DNA from: Squalus acanthias | Taxonomy: Eukaryota | DNA: 64,000 nucleotides | Reading direction: 5' to 3' | NCBI GenBank assembly: GCA_030390025.1 | Contig: CM059432.1 | Span: 120,158,001 to 120,222,000 of the forward strand | Shown: one piece after another, positions 12,401-23,376 of the stretch | Layout of the letters: each line of letters begins with the position of its first letter | Numbering within the stretch: position 1 is the first letter of the stretch | Position numbers and translations under genes: made by a program | Notes under the pieces: model-generated | What the model saw: only the letters and a program-made list of their open reading frames with translations | Told to the model about the DNA's origin: nothing | Database searches by the model: none

Positions 12401-14223
12401 TGTAAGATTCTCAAAATTCACAGATCCCCCTAACTCTAAGAAAAACCCTAAGGAAAAAGACTTTGGACTCTTTTCTAGCTATTACAGGGTGGTGAAGTGC
12501 ATTGGGCCTAACCGAAGAACTTTCGAGCAAAAACCAAGATTTTGGTATTTTTAAAAACATGTCTGGGCTTGTAGGGGAGAAAAGGCTGTGAAGGAAGGTG
12601 GGTTCAACCTCTGTAAAAGCCGTTTGGGTATTGGAGCTAATGGGAACTGTCTGGGGAACCGCATGATCTTGCTGGGAGTGTAAATCGGCCTCTATCAGAC
12701 ATTAGCATCCTAACAATAAACCCGAGGAGAACAGTCTCCACCCCAAGCTACAGAGCCCATTAAGACACGCATAAAACAAATTACATAAGAACATAAGAAC
12801 ATAAGAACATAAGAAATAGGAGCAGGAGTAGGCCAATCGGCCCCTCGAGCCTGCTCCGCCATTCAATAAGATCATGGCTGATCTGATCCTAACCGCCAAT
12901 CTACTATCACAGAACCATCTCCTGCATCTAACAGAATTGCACACACGAAATAGGAGCAGAATCAGGCTACATGGTCCCTGGGCCCGCTCCACTACCCACA
13001 GGGCTATGACCGATCCGAACCTAGACTCCTGTCCAAATTCCTGCCCGCTCCCCGTAACCCTTAATGCCCTTTACTTCTAGGAAACTGTCTATTTCTGTTC
13101 TAAATTTATTTTGGCTTACTTTGGCTTACCCTATAGAAATTACAGGCCCAACCAAGAAACCCAAAACATAAGAACAATCAAACTCCGATTAAGTGGCACA
13201 TCAACGGGATGGGGCCATCCTGGAACCACTTCACACATTAGCAAACCAGTTACCGGTAACGAGCCTGCCAAAACTAACAAAGACTGAGACCTGATTTGGC
13301 GTGCAGATAAGCAACCTTCAATGAGTATAATTGAAGGCCCGTTCTCAACCTGAAAAAGAAGAAGAGGAAGGAAGAACAAGAAGACATCAACGGAGGCATT
13401 CTCCGCAACACAGTTCTAAAACCAACACCGTTCAGCGTTCCGTGTCCAGCCAGGAGGTCGACAGCTCGAAGGCCAGACCATCCAACAAAGCAGGCTGACA
13501 TGAGAAGAACCCAGAACGACCGCCTCAGTGACCATCGGACACCTCGCGGCAATAAGGCCCTCAAGAAACAACCAACCAAACACCAAGTACCAGTACTCGG
13601 GCCACCGCGACCAAAGAAAACCAACTCGAAGAAAAACCGAAGAACCGCAAAGTTTCCACTCTACAATCTACTCCTGACTTACCCCATGGTAAGATTTTCC
13701 CTTAAAAAACTCTAGACCCTACTTCTAAACTAAAGAAAAGTGGGTACTCACCTGATAAATCCAATACGCACCCTACCGCATCAGCGGACTCGCGAAGACT
13801 GACCAGATACGCAGTTGAAGTCCTCTACCGCGTACGGGGTACGGCAGACACCAACCGACATATAGATTGAACCCCAAAACCGCGAACTAACCTAACTGTC
13901 AAGGATTCTGGTGAGTATCATCCCTGGTTCTCTGGAGTCCAACCTAGCTAGTGAAGTGGGATTGGGAGGGGTGAAGTATTCTTTTAATGTTATTTCCCTC
14001 GCGTGTACCGAAGTGTTCCCCACTTTTAGAGTGTTAAGAGTGTTTGTGTTGTGTTTTTTACTTTCTTGAATATAGGTCAAAGTTCTTGCATCAAACCCAG
14101 TTGTCTGCTGCACTTTTTATCACAACCCCCAAATAAGTCCAAGGTCCAGAACCAAGGGAGTGGGAGCGATTCGAACTGCTCAGAAGTCAGAGGTGAAGCT
14201 GACACAAACCACCACCCCTTACA
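12401..14223 (+). mobile_element. Solo LTR (1823 bp) of an LTR retroelement
   Basis: TGTAAG...CCCCTTACA termini; 4-bp TSD AGGG at 12397-12400 and 14224-14227; empty site visible at 14351-14370 and near 16495-16505; TATAA at 13326. Confidence 0.85.
12782..12895 (-). mobile_element. CR1 3' tail fragment inside the solo LTR; a second, more diverged CR1-like 3' end lies at about 12945-13110
   Basis: (CATAAGAA)n followed by ATAGGAGCAGGAGTAGGCC...GAGCCTGCTCCGCCATTCAATAAGATCATGGCTGATC, as at 30370 and 39410. Confidence 0.8.
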
Positions 14224-14396
14224 AGGGAGGGAAGAAAAAAAGGGGCCAAACAAAAGGGTGGATGAAAAAATAAAATATATATATATATATATGTGTGATA
14301 GGATTGAGGCTAGATGAAGTGTGAAATGCGCTGGCAGAATGAAGGACAGCTGCCAGCTTCAGGGAGGGAAGAAAAAAAGGGGCCAAACAAAAGGGT

Positions 14397-16419
14397 GGAG
14401 ATCTCCCCCCGACAGCCGCAAACCTCATAGTTCCCCAACTCCACACAGCCCACTTCTACCTCCTTCCCAAGATCCACAAACAGGACTGCCCTGGTAGACC
14501 CATCATTTCAGCCTGTTCTTGCCCCATGGAACTTATCTCTTCCTATCTCAACTCTATTTTTTCTCCCCTTGTCCAGTCTCTTCCCACCTACATCCGCGAC
14601 TCTTGCGACGCCCTCCGCCACTTTAACAGTTTCCAGTTTCCCGGCCCCAACCGCCTCCTTTTCACTATGGACGTACAATCCCTCTACACCTCCATCCCCC
14701 ACCAGGATGGCCTGAAGGCGCTCCGCTTCTTCCTTGAACAGAGGCCCAACCAGTCCCCATCCACCACCACCCTCCTCCGCCTGGCTAAACTTGTTCTCAC
14801 ATTGAACAACTTCTCCTTGGACTCCACTCATTTCCACCAAATCAAAGGTGTTGCTATGGGTACCCGCATGGGTCCTAGCTATGCCTGCCTTTTCGTGGGA
14901 TATTGTGTTCCAGTCCTACTCGGGTCCCCTCCCTCACCTCTTTTTCCGGTACATTGATGACTGTATCGGTGCCGTTTCCTGCTCTCGCCCTGAACTAGAA
15001 AATTTAATTCACTATGCTTCCAATTTCCACCCTTCCCTCACCTTCACATGGTCCATCTCCGACTCTTCCCTTCCCTTCCTCGACTTCTCGGTCGGAGATA
15101 GGTTATTGACTAACATTCACTACAAGCCCACTGACTCCCACAGCTACCTGGACTACACTTCCTCCCACCCCGCCTCCTGTAAGGACTCTTTTCCATTCTC
15201 CCAGTTTCTCCGTCTCCTCCGCATCTGCTCTGACGATGCCACCTTCCATACCAGTGCTTCCGACATGTCTTCCTTTTTTCTCAACCGAGGATTTCCCTCT
15301 ACTGTGGTTGACACGGCCCTCGACCATGTCCGTTCTATCTCCCACACTTCTGCCCTCACCCCTGCCCCTCCCTCCCGGAACCACGATAGAGTTCCCCTTG
15401 TCCTCACCTTTCACCCCACCAGCCTCCACATTCAACGGATCATCCTCCGCCATTTCCGCCACCTCCAGCGTGATCCCACCACCAAACGCATCTTCCCCTC
15501 ACCTCCCCTTTCAGCATTCCGCAGGGACCGCTCCCTCCGCGACACCCTGGTCCACTCCTCTATTAGCCCCAACACCCCTTCCCCTTCGCCCGGCACCTTC
15601 CCGTGCAAGCGCAGGAGATGCTACACATGCCCTTATACCTCCCCTCTTCCCACTGTCCAGGGCCCCAAACACCCCTTCCAGGTGAAACAGTGATTTACTT
15701 GTACTTCCTGCAGTTTAGTACAGGAAACTTTTGTTTATCCGGCACCCAAATATCCGGAATTCTCGCTTAACCGGCAAAAATCATCCTCCGAAAACTCCTC
15801 TCAAATAACCGGCAATGTTGCCGAGTCGCAGTCGAGTCTCCGCGAACGCCGAGTACTCCGATAACTCCTCTCAATTAACCGTCAATGTTGCCGATCCCGA
15901 GTCCGAGTCCGAGTCCGCGAACGCCGATTTAGTCAGTAGGGGTAGTTTTCAAAAGTGCCACTACTCGGCCTCCTGGCGCTGTCGGAAGTATACTGCACAT
16001 TTCTTGATTTATTTATTTTTCTTTGTTAAAAATAGCCTCGGTAGATATAACTCTCCGTTATCCGGTACTTTCGATAATCCGGCACCACACCGGTCCCGTC
16101 GGTGCCGGTTAATAAAGAGTTTCCTGTATACTGTATTCGCTGCTCACGATGTGGTCTCCTCTACATTGGGGAGACCAAACGCAGATTGGGTGACCACTTT
16201 GCGGAACACCTCCGTTCAGTCCTTAAGGGGGACCCCGAGCTCCCAGTGGCCTGTCACTTTAATTCTCCGCTCCGCTCCCACTCTGACCTCACCGTCCTCG
16301 GCCTGTTGCATTGTTCCATGGAAGCTCAGCGTAAGCTCGAGGAACAGCACCTCATCTTTTGTTTAGGTACTTTACAGCCTTCTGGACTCAACATAGAGTT
16401 CAACAATTTCAGATCATAA
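14397..16419 (+). pseudogene. Penelope-type reverse transcriptase + Cys-rich linker + GIY-YIG endonuclease, disrupted
   Basis: FYLLPKIHK..GRPIIS, FTMDVQSLYTSIP, GVAMGTRMGPSYA, FRYIDD, LPFLD, YKPTD; linker CKRRRCYTC; LV|YCIRCSRCGLLYIGETKRRL..FAEH..GLN. Frameshift near 14900, TGA at 15691 and a MITE insertion. Confidence 0.92.
15721..16126. mobile_element. Tc1/mariner-superfamily (pogo/Tigger-like) MITE
   Basis: 26-bp TIRs CAGGAAACTTTTGTTTATCCGGCACC / CAGGAAACTCTTTATTAACCGGCACC (22/26); TA TSD at 15719-15720 and 16127-16128. Confidence 0.88.
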
Positions 16420-16731
16420 CCACGGCCCCTATCATATATATATATATATATTTTATTTTTTCATCCACCCTTTTGTTTGGCCCCTTTTTTTCTTCCCTCC
16501 CTGAAGCTGGCAGCTGTCCTTCATTCCGCCAGCGCATTTCACACTTCATCTAGCCTCAACCTGTCACATTACCACCTCCTCTTGCCTTGAATATCTCTTA
16601 ATGTCTCTCAATGTCTCTTAATCACTGCTGCCTTCTATACTACCACTGACCTTCCCTTTTGTTCTTTCATCCCCTCCCCCTTTTCCCAGCACTATACTTG
16701 CTTTAAATCTATTTCATTTCCTGCTTTTTTC

Positions 16732-16772
16732 CAGTTCTGACGAAGCGTCTTCGACCTGAAACGTTAACTCTG
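16732..16772 (+). ncRNA. Minimal type I hammerhead ribozyme motif in the 3' pLTR
   Basis: cAGTT-CTGACGA(16737-16743)-AGCGTCTTCGACCT-GAAA(16758-16761)-CGTT-AACTctg; matches the minimal hammerheads known from Penelope-like element pLTRs. Confidence 0.7.
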
Positions 16773-16832
16773 TTTCTCTCTCCACGGATGCTGCCTGGCC
16801 TGCTGAGTTTTTCCAGCATTTTCTGTTGTTAT

Positions 16833-17083
16833 TAAGGGGATATTAGGATAGGTGACCAAAAGCCTGGCCAAAGTGGCAGTTTTAAGGAACATCTTAAAGG
16901 AGGAGAGAGAGGCGGAGAGCCGGAGAGGCTTAGTGAGGGTATTCCAGAGCTTAGGGTCTCAGCAGCTGAAGGTGTGGTCATCAATGGTGGTGCAATTAAA
17001 ATCAGGGATGTGTAAGAGGCCAGAATTGTAGGTGTGCAGAGATAGGGAGGCAATGGAGGGATTTGAAAACAAGGATGAGAATT
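16833..17083 (-). mobile_element. L2-clade LINE 3' region (part 2)
   Basis: Continues 11916-12037 and is co-linear with about 37990-38285. Confidence 0.75.
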
Positions 17084-17087
17084 GTTC

Positions 17088-18311
17088 AGAAATCTTAGAA
17101 TTATAGAATCATAGAATTATTACAGCACAGAAGAAGGCCATTCGGCCCGTCGAGCCCGTGCCGGCTCTCTGCAAGAGCACTTCAGCTAGTCCCACTCCCC
17201 CGCCGTTTCCCCATAGCCTTGCAAATTTCTTTCCTTCAGATACTTCTCCAACTCCCTTTTGAAAGATAAGATTGAGTCTGCCTCCACCACCTTTTCAGGC
17301 AGTGCATTCCTGATCTTAACCACTCGCTGTGTAAAAAAGTTTTTTCTTACGTCGCCTTTGGCTGTTTTGCCAATCACCTTAAATCAGTGTCCTCTGGTTC
17401 CCGACCCTTCTGCCAATGGGAACAGTTTCCCTCTATCTACTCTGTCCAGACCCCTCATGATTTTGAACACCTCTATCAAATCTCGTCTCAATCTTCGCTG
17501 CTCCAAGAAGTGTTCTCCAGTCTGTCAACATAACTGAAGTCCCTCATTCCTGGAATAATTCTCATAAATCTTTTCTGCACTCTCTGTAAGGCCTTCACAT
17601 CCTTCCTAAAGTGTGGTGCCCAGAATTGGACACAGTACTCCAGTTGGGGCCAAACCAGTGTTTTATACAGGTTCATCATAATTTCCACACTTTTGTACTC
17701 TATACCTCTATTTATGAAGCCCAGGATCCCATAAGACTTTTTAACTGCTTTCTCAACCTGCCCTGTCATCTTCAACGATTTGTGCACATATACCCCCAGG
17801 TCTCTCTGTTCATGCACCCACTTCAGGATTGTACCATTTAGTTTAGATGTCCTCTTCTCATTCTTTTTACCAAAATATATCACTTCACACTTTTCTGCGT
17901 TAAATTTTATCTGTGACTTCCTGAAGTCTATCATTATCCTCCTCACTGTTCACTATACTTCCAAGTTTTGTGTCATCTGCAAATTTTGAAATAGTGTCCT
18001 GTACACCCACATTCAAGTCATTAATATATATCAAGAAAAGCAGTGGTCCTAGAACCAACCCCTGGGGAACACCACTGTATCCCTTCCTCCAGTCTGAAAA
18101 ACAACCGTTCACCTCTAATCTCTGTTTCCTATCACTTAGCCAATTCCGTATCCATGCTGCCACTGTCCCTTTTATTCCATGGGCTTCAACTCTGTTGGCA
18201 AGCCTATTATGTGGCTCTTTGTCGAACGCCTTTTGGAAGTCCATGTACACTACGTCAACTGCATTACCCTCATCAACTCTCTCTGTTACCTCATCAAAGA
18301 ACTCAATCATG
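17088..18311 (-). mobile_element. 5'-truncated CR1 LINE (RT domain to 3' tail), decayed
   Basis: VDVVYMDFQKAFDK, SGVPQGLVLGPLLFLIYINDL, SKFADDTKL, LEYCVQFWAP, FFTQRVVKI; CATAGAAT-type tail. Confidence 0.92.
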
Positions 18312-19574
18312 TTAGATTGTTTCATATTGGGCTTTCTGGCAGCCCCAGATATGTTCAGGAGCAAAGATAATCCATCCCAGATTAGTCGAATTACAGCAGA
18401 ATACAGATCCTAGTTTCCCTACAAGGAATTATTTTTTAAAATGTCATCCCATCTTTGATCCGTTTAAGGGCTTTGGGTTCACTCAGATTTTCTGCCAGTA
18501 AACTTAGGGTCTGCACCTCTGTTGAACCTCCATAGGTATGGGCCTCCAACCCCATATATTAAAATGACCCATCTCCTTGGAGACTGAATGGGATGAAGGT
18601 ACTGGCCAGATAGACCTTCAATTTCACACTTCAAGCAATGGAGTGGGAACACAGCAATTTTGGCCTCCCATTGCCTGAACTCACACACAAGGGACCACCT
18701 AGACTAGTATGAAAGGTGAACCCATAGGTGACATGAGAACTCAAAAATCAAACGTTAAAAATGACATTCCGAAGAACAGTCCACAAGTTGTTGGCATAAA
18801 ATTCCACTTTGCAACCTCAAAAGCTAAAAGCCAAGTACTTTATAATCTCACTAGAACATCATACATCCAATTCAGAAATGTTATTTAGGTTCCCTTTAAG
18901 CAAATATCTCGTGTCGAAATTCAGCCCCATCCACTTTCATTCAGGAAGAAGACTTTTACAGGTCTTCATTACAATATGTTTTAAAAATGTCGTTTTTTTT
19001 TTTAGAAGGATGCGGATAAGGAAGGTTGTTTCCCAGGGTGGCTGTTTTAAGTTAAAAATGTTGACACATTTGATTTGTGATGGGCTGGTATAAAACGTAT
19101 TTTTATATTTTTCAAACACACTCCTTCTCATTATTGGGATCTAGTGCTCTCATTACATTATCAGTTGGCCATTGGGGACAATTCAGCAGTAAACCTACTA
19201 ATCTTCATTTACAAATTAGCTGCCTTCCTAGAAGTTACAAGTGCTGCACAAGAGAATACATGTTTGCTGAAATATATGGTTCATAAGTAAATATGTAAGA
19301 AATTGTGACAGTGCTTAGATTAATTTTCTACACAAGCGAAAGGTGACTGAGCGCTTCCCCACTTTTGTACCAGCCATGTTCGTTAGTGGTGAAGAATTTA
19401 TCCAGTGTATTAAAGTGCTCATCTAGAACACTATAAATTAAGACTCAGGAGTGTAATGCTTCTAAGACATCTACTATTTCTAATTCAAGGATATTCCTTA
19501 ATAGACACTATATCACATCTCACCCTGAGAGTTACGCATGAAGTTCAGCTTAACGCAAAAAAAAATTCTGCCTA

Positions 19575-19693
19575 TATTGCAATTGTGACTGCACTTCAGA
19601 AAAAAGACTTGGCTGTAAAGTGTTTTGGGACTGTGGGATGTCCTGAGGTCATGAAAGGTGCTATATAAATGCAAGTAATTCTTTCTTTCTTTC
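19575..19693 (+). mobile_element. DeuSINE-type 3' fragment
   Basis: TGGCTGTAAAGTGTTTTGGGAC...GAAAGGTGCTATATAAATGCAAGT followed by (CTTT)n matches the 3' end of the SINE at 40802-41262. Confidence 0.6.
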
Positions 19694-20543
19694 CTGAAAG
19701 CATTGAGATATTATAATTGACAATACCTTGATGCTTTTAGCAGAAACAAGTAATTTTTTTTTAACGAACATACAAAAATGACACATAGGAAAAGACCATC
19801 TGGTCCATCAAGCCTGCTTCACACAGTCATGATGCCTGAAGTATCATGATTTCACACCCCCGACCTACCAGCAGCCATGCAATCTCCTGGGAGAGGCAAA
19901 TAACCAGATAAAAACCCAATCCTAATCAGATAAAAAATCTGGAACATTCCTTTCCAACCCCTTAGGAGATTGAAAACTAGTCCAGGAGACTACAATGACG
20001 ATGCATATATTAACTGGCAATCCACCTTCCTATTATAAGACTTGGAGGGTGAAATTGGGTTCAGTAGCTCCCATTTTTTGGCTGCTACGAGGCTCCTTAG
20101 GGTTCCAAAATGGCATGCACACTTCTAACGTGACGCGCGTCAGACGCCATATTGGTAAAGGGATTAACGCGCGTGCGTTTAACGTCCACCGGAAGTATGT
20201 AGAGCAGGCAGATCATGACCTCAATCAGCAGCAAAGCTGATTTGACGCCAGCACTGCCATTGTGGAGCTCAACGCTCCAGCCTATGCCCTCTCTTAAACT
20301 CGCACAGCTGAACACAACGTTAAGCAGCATAAAGGACCTCCCACCAGTGCTATTCAAAGGAATCATCAACTACTTACAGGTTAGTTGCTGGTTTATTTCT
20401 TCTGACAGTTACTACAATTCTATACATTTTTGGTGCTTTCCATGGTTGTTTTAAGTCTCAAAAGTCTACCGGGAGTGGTGTGACAGGTGATGAAGGACAT
20501 TTTCCTGAATTCAAGGCTCTGCACAAACCTGTTGCTCCCAGAC

Positions 20544-22150
20544 ATGGATGCACTGGTAGGCCTTCGCTTGGAATCGAGCATAACTGGGTGAACGAGCAGA
20601 GGCCAAGCAGAGCAGGACAAGTTGCTAGAAGAGGGATGAGGAGGAGGAGGAGAAGTGCTCTCAGCAGGAGGCCATATCTACCCAGGGTGTACAGGGAGCA
20701 ATTCTCCTAGCTGAACTTCAATGATGACCAATGTTTGAGAAGCTTGCACTTCACTAAGGAGGTCATCACTGAAATCTGCCAACTGCTGCAGCCACAACTC
20801 TAACCTCAGAGCAGGTCAAGGACTGCATTGCCAGTGGCTGTGAAGGTGACCCTGGCTATGAACTTTTATGCATCTGACTCTTTCCAGGCTGCTGCTGGAG
20901 ATATTAGCAACTTCTGGCAGTTTGCAGTACACTGTTGCATAAGGGAGATCACTGAGTCTCTGTATTCAAAGAGAGATAACTTAATTTCATTCTCTCTTAC
21001 CAGATAGAAGCAGGCGGAGCGAGCACGAGGATTTGCAAGGATTGCAAGCTTCCCCATGGTGCAGGGTGCCATTGACTGAACGTACATCGCTTTGCGGGCA
21101 CCTCAAGTCAACTCTGCCATTGTATTTTCATTCATGGGATGTGGGCGTCACCGGCAAGGCCAGCATTTATAGCCCATCCCTAATTGCCCTTGAGAAGGTG
21201 GTGGTGAGCCGCCTCCTTGAATACAACTGAGTGGCTTGCTAGTGGCCATTTCAGAGGGCAGTTAAGAGTCAACCACATTGCTGTGGGTCTGAATCACAAA
21301 CCAGGTAAGGACGGCAGGTTTTCTTCCCTGAAGGACATTAGTGAACCAGATGGGTTTTTATGACAATCTGGTAGTTTCTTGGTCACCATTACTGATACTA
21401 GCTCTTTCAGATTTATTTAATTAATTCCAGATTTATTAATTAACTGAATTTAAATTTTCCCAGCTGCCATGGTGGGATTTTAACTCATGTCCCTGGATCA
21501 TTAAATCCAGGCCTCTGGATTACTAGTCCAGTAACATAACCACTGAACCGAAAGGGATTCCACTCCCTCAACGTCCAGCTGGTGTGCGACCATAGGCAGC
21601 GAATCATGCAGGTCAATGCCCGATATCCAGGCAGCAGTCATGATGCCTTCATTCTGCGGCAGTCCGCTGTACCATCTGCATTTGAGCCACCACGCCAAAC
21701 CGAAGGGTGGCTACTGGGTGACACGAGCTATCCACTAATGACATGGCTCATGGCTCCAGTGCACAACCCACGCACACATGCGTAGCATGCATACAATGAG
21801 AGCCATGCTGCCACAAGAAATTGACAGAGCAGAACATTGGCATGCTGAAGCAATGATTCTGATGCCTGCTTGGGAGAACCCTGCAGGACTTGGCTGAGTG
21901 GGTCTCAAGATTTGTCGTGATATGATACATGCTGCACAACCTTGCCATCATGAGGGAACAGCCCTTCCCACCACCTGTCAGATGAGAAGCTGAGGAGCAG
22001 GAGCATGAGGAGGAGGAGGATGAGGAGGAAGAGGAGGATGAGGAAGAGGAGGAGGCAGAAGAGGAGGAAGAGGAAGGGAGGCTGCAACTTAGACAGCCCC
22101 TTTCTGCCCGGGCTGTACCTGAAGAACTAATTCAAGTGCGATACCAGTAA
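20544..22150 (+). pseudogene. Harbinger DDE transposase (HARBI1-family nuclease) pseudogene
   Basis: [81 protein letters not shown], acidic GAG-rich C-terminus; multiple stops and frameshifts plus a SINE insertion. Confidence 0.9.
21124..21544 (-). mobile_element. tRNA-derived SINE with LINE-derived 3' tail
   Basis: Minus-strand head CAGTGGTTATGTTACTGGACTAGTAATCCAGAGG...GAGTTAAAATCCC (A/B-box-like); about 100-bp tail of the same kind as the LINE ends at 6170 and 30960-31070; splits the transposase just before NRKGF. Confidence 0.7.
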
Positions 22151-22466
22151 CATCAACCCCAATTCCCCATTCACCAACAGTCCCACACTCCTTACCTTCC
22201 CTCTGTCACTGACCATCACATTGTCCTCTTGGCCACAATGTAAGAATTAAAGCCAACACAAAATATACATTCCAAACCAAATTTATAAATTAAATCATGA
22301 CATATTGCATGCAAAATTAAACTAATCACTCTTGTGCATTCCCGTAGTCTTCCATGTGCCTTTGCCTGTCCTTGTTCTCCTTCAAAGTGCTACCCCAGTG
22401 GCTGCAGCATAGCTGGTGGAAGGCTGTTGACTTTCCGTGAAGGATACTGCAGATGGCCTTGGAGGA

Positions 22467-23372
22467 TCATAGAATCATAGAGATTAACAGCACAGAAAGA
22501 TGCCATTCGGCCCATCATGTCTGCTGAAAAAGAGCTATCCAGCCTAATCCCACTGTCCAGCTCTTGGTCTGCAGCCTTGTAGGTTATGGCACTTCAAGAG
22601 CATATCCAAGTACTTTTTCAATGTGATGAGGGTTTCTGCCTCTACCACCCCTCCAGGCAGTGAGTTCCAGAGCCCCACCACTCTCTGGGTGAAAAAAGTT
22701 CTCCTCAACTCCCCGCTAATCCTTATACCTATCACTTTAAATCTATGCCCCCTGGTTATTGATCTCTCTGCTAAAGGAAATAGATCCTTCCTATCCACTC
22801 TATCTAGGCCCCTCATTATTGCAGCAGTTCAGAGACGGTTCACTAGGTTAATTTCGGAGATGAGGGGGTTGACTTATGAGGAAAGGTTGAGCAGGCTGCG
22901 CCTATACTCACTGGAATTTAGAAGAATGAGAGGTGATCTTATTGAAACATATAAGATACTAAGGGGGCACGACAAGGTAGATGCAGAGAAGATGTTTCCC
23001 CTCGTGGGGAAATCTAGAACGCGGGGGCACAGTTTTAGAATAAAGGGTCGCCCTTTTAGAACTGAGATGAGGAGGAATTTCTTCTCTCAGAGGGTCGTAA
23101 ATCTGTGGAATTCTCTGCCCCAGAGAGCCGTGGAGGCTGGGTCATTAAATACATTTAAGGTGGAGATAGACAGATTTTTACAAGATAAGGGAGTGAAGGG
23201 TTATGGGGAGCGGGCAGGGAAGTGGCTTTGAGCACAAGATCAGCCATGATCTTATTGAATGGCGCAGCAGGCTCGAGGGGCCAAGTGGCCTATTCCTGCT
23301 CCTATTTTTTATGTTCTTATGTTCTTATACACCTCAATTAAGTCTCCCCTCAGCCTCCTCTGTTCCAAAGAT
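22467..23372 (-). mobile_element. CR1 3' fragment interrupted by a second CR1
   Basis: CATAGAAT tail at 22468; MRGLDRVDRKDLFPL...WNSLP; resumes near 23325 (TACACCTCAATTAAGTCTCCCCTCAGCCTCCTCTGTTCC). Confidence 0.85.
22821..23328 (+). mobile_element. CR1 3' fragment nested in the opposite orientation
   Basis: AVQRRFTRLISEMRGLTYEERL...RRMRGDLIETYKIL...WNSLPQRAVEA; (TTCTTATG)n tail. Confidence 0.92.
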
Positions 23373-23376
23373 GACC

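Larger units (their letters stand above)
12038..16832 (+). mobile_element. Penelope-like element (Neptune-like), 5'-truncated, with an inverted pLTR at the left end
   Basis: 19-bp TSD TAAGGGGATATTAGGATAG at 12019-12037 and 16833-16851; 12066-12400 plus 14224-14300 is the reverse complement of about 16425-16832; RT and GIY-YIG coding region lies between. Confidence 0.92.

Noticed and set aside
13500..13715. Basic 71-aa ORF inside the solo LTR as a viral accessory gene
   Set aside because: Explained by A/C-rich composition; no counterpart seen in the related LTR at 34137-35869.
22623..23231. 202-aa ORF, and the similar 170-aa ORF at 5436-5948, as genes
   Set aside because: Chance read-through from antisense CR1 or flanking DNA into a CR1 C-terminal fragment.
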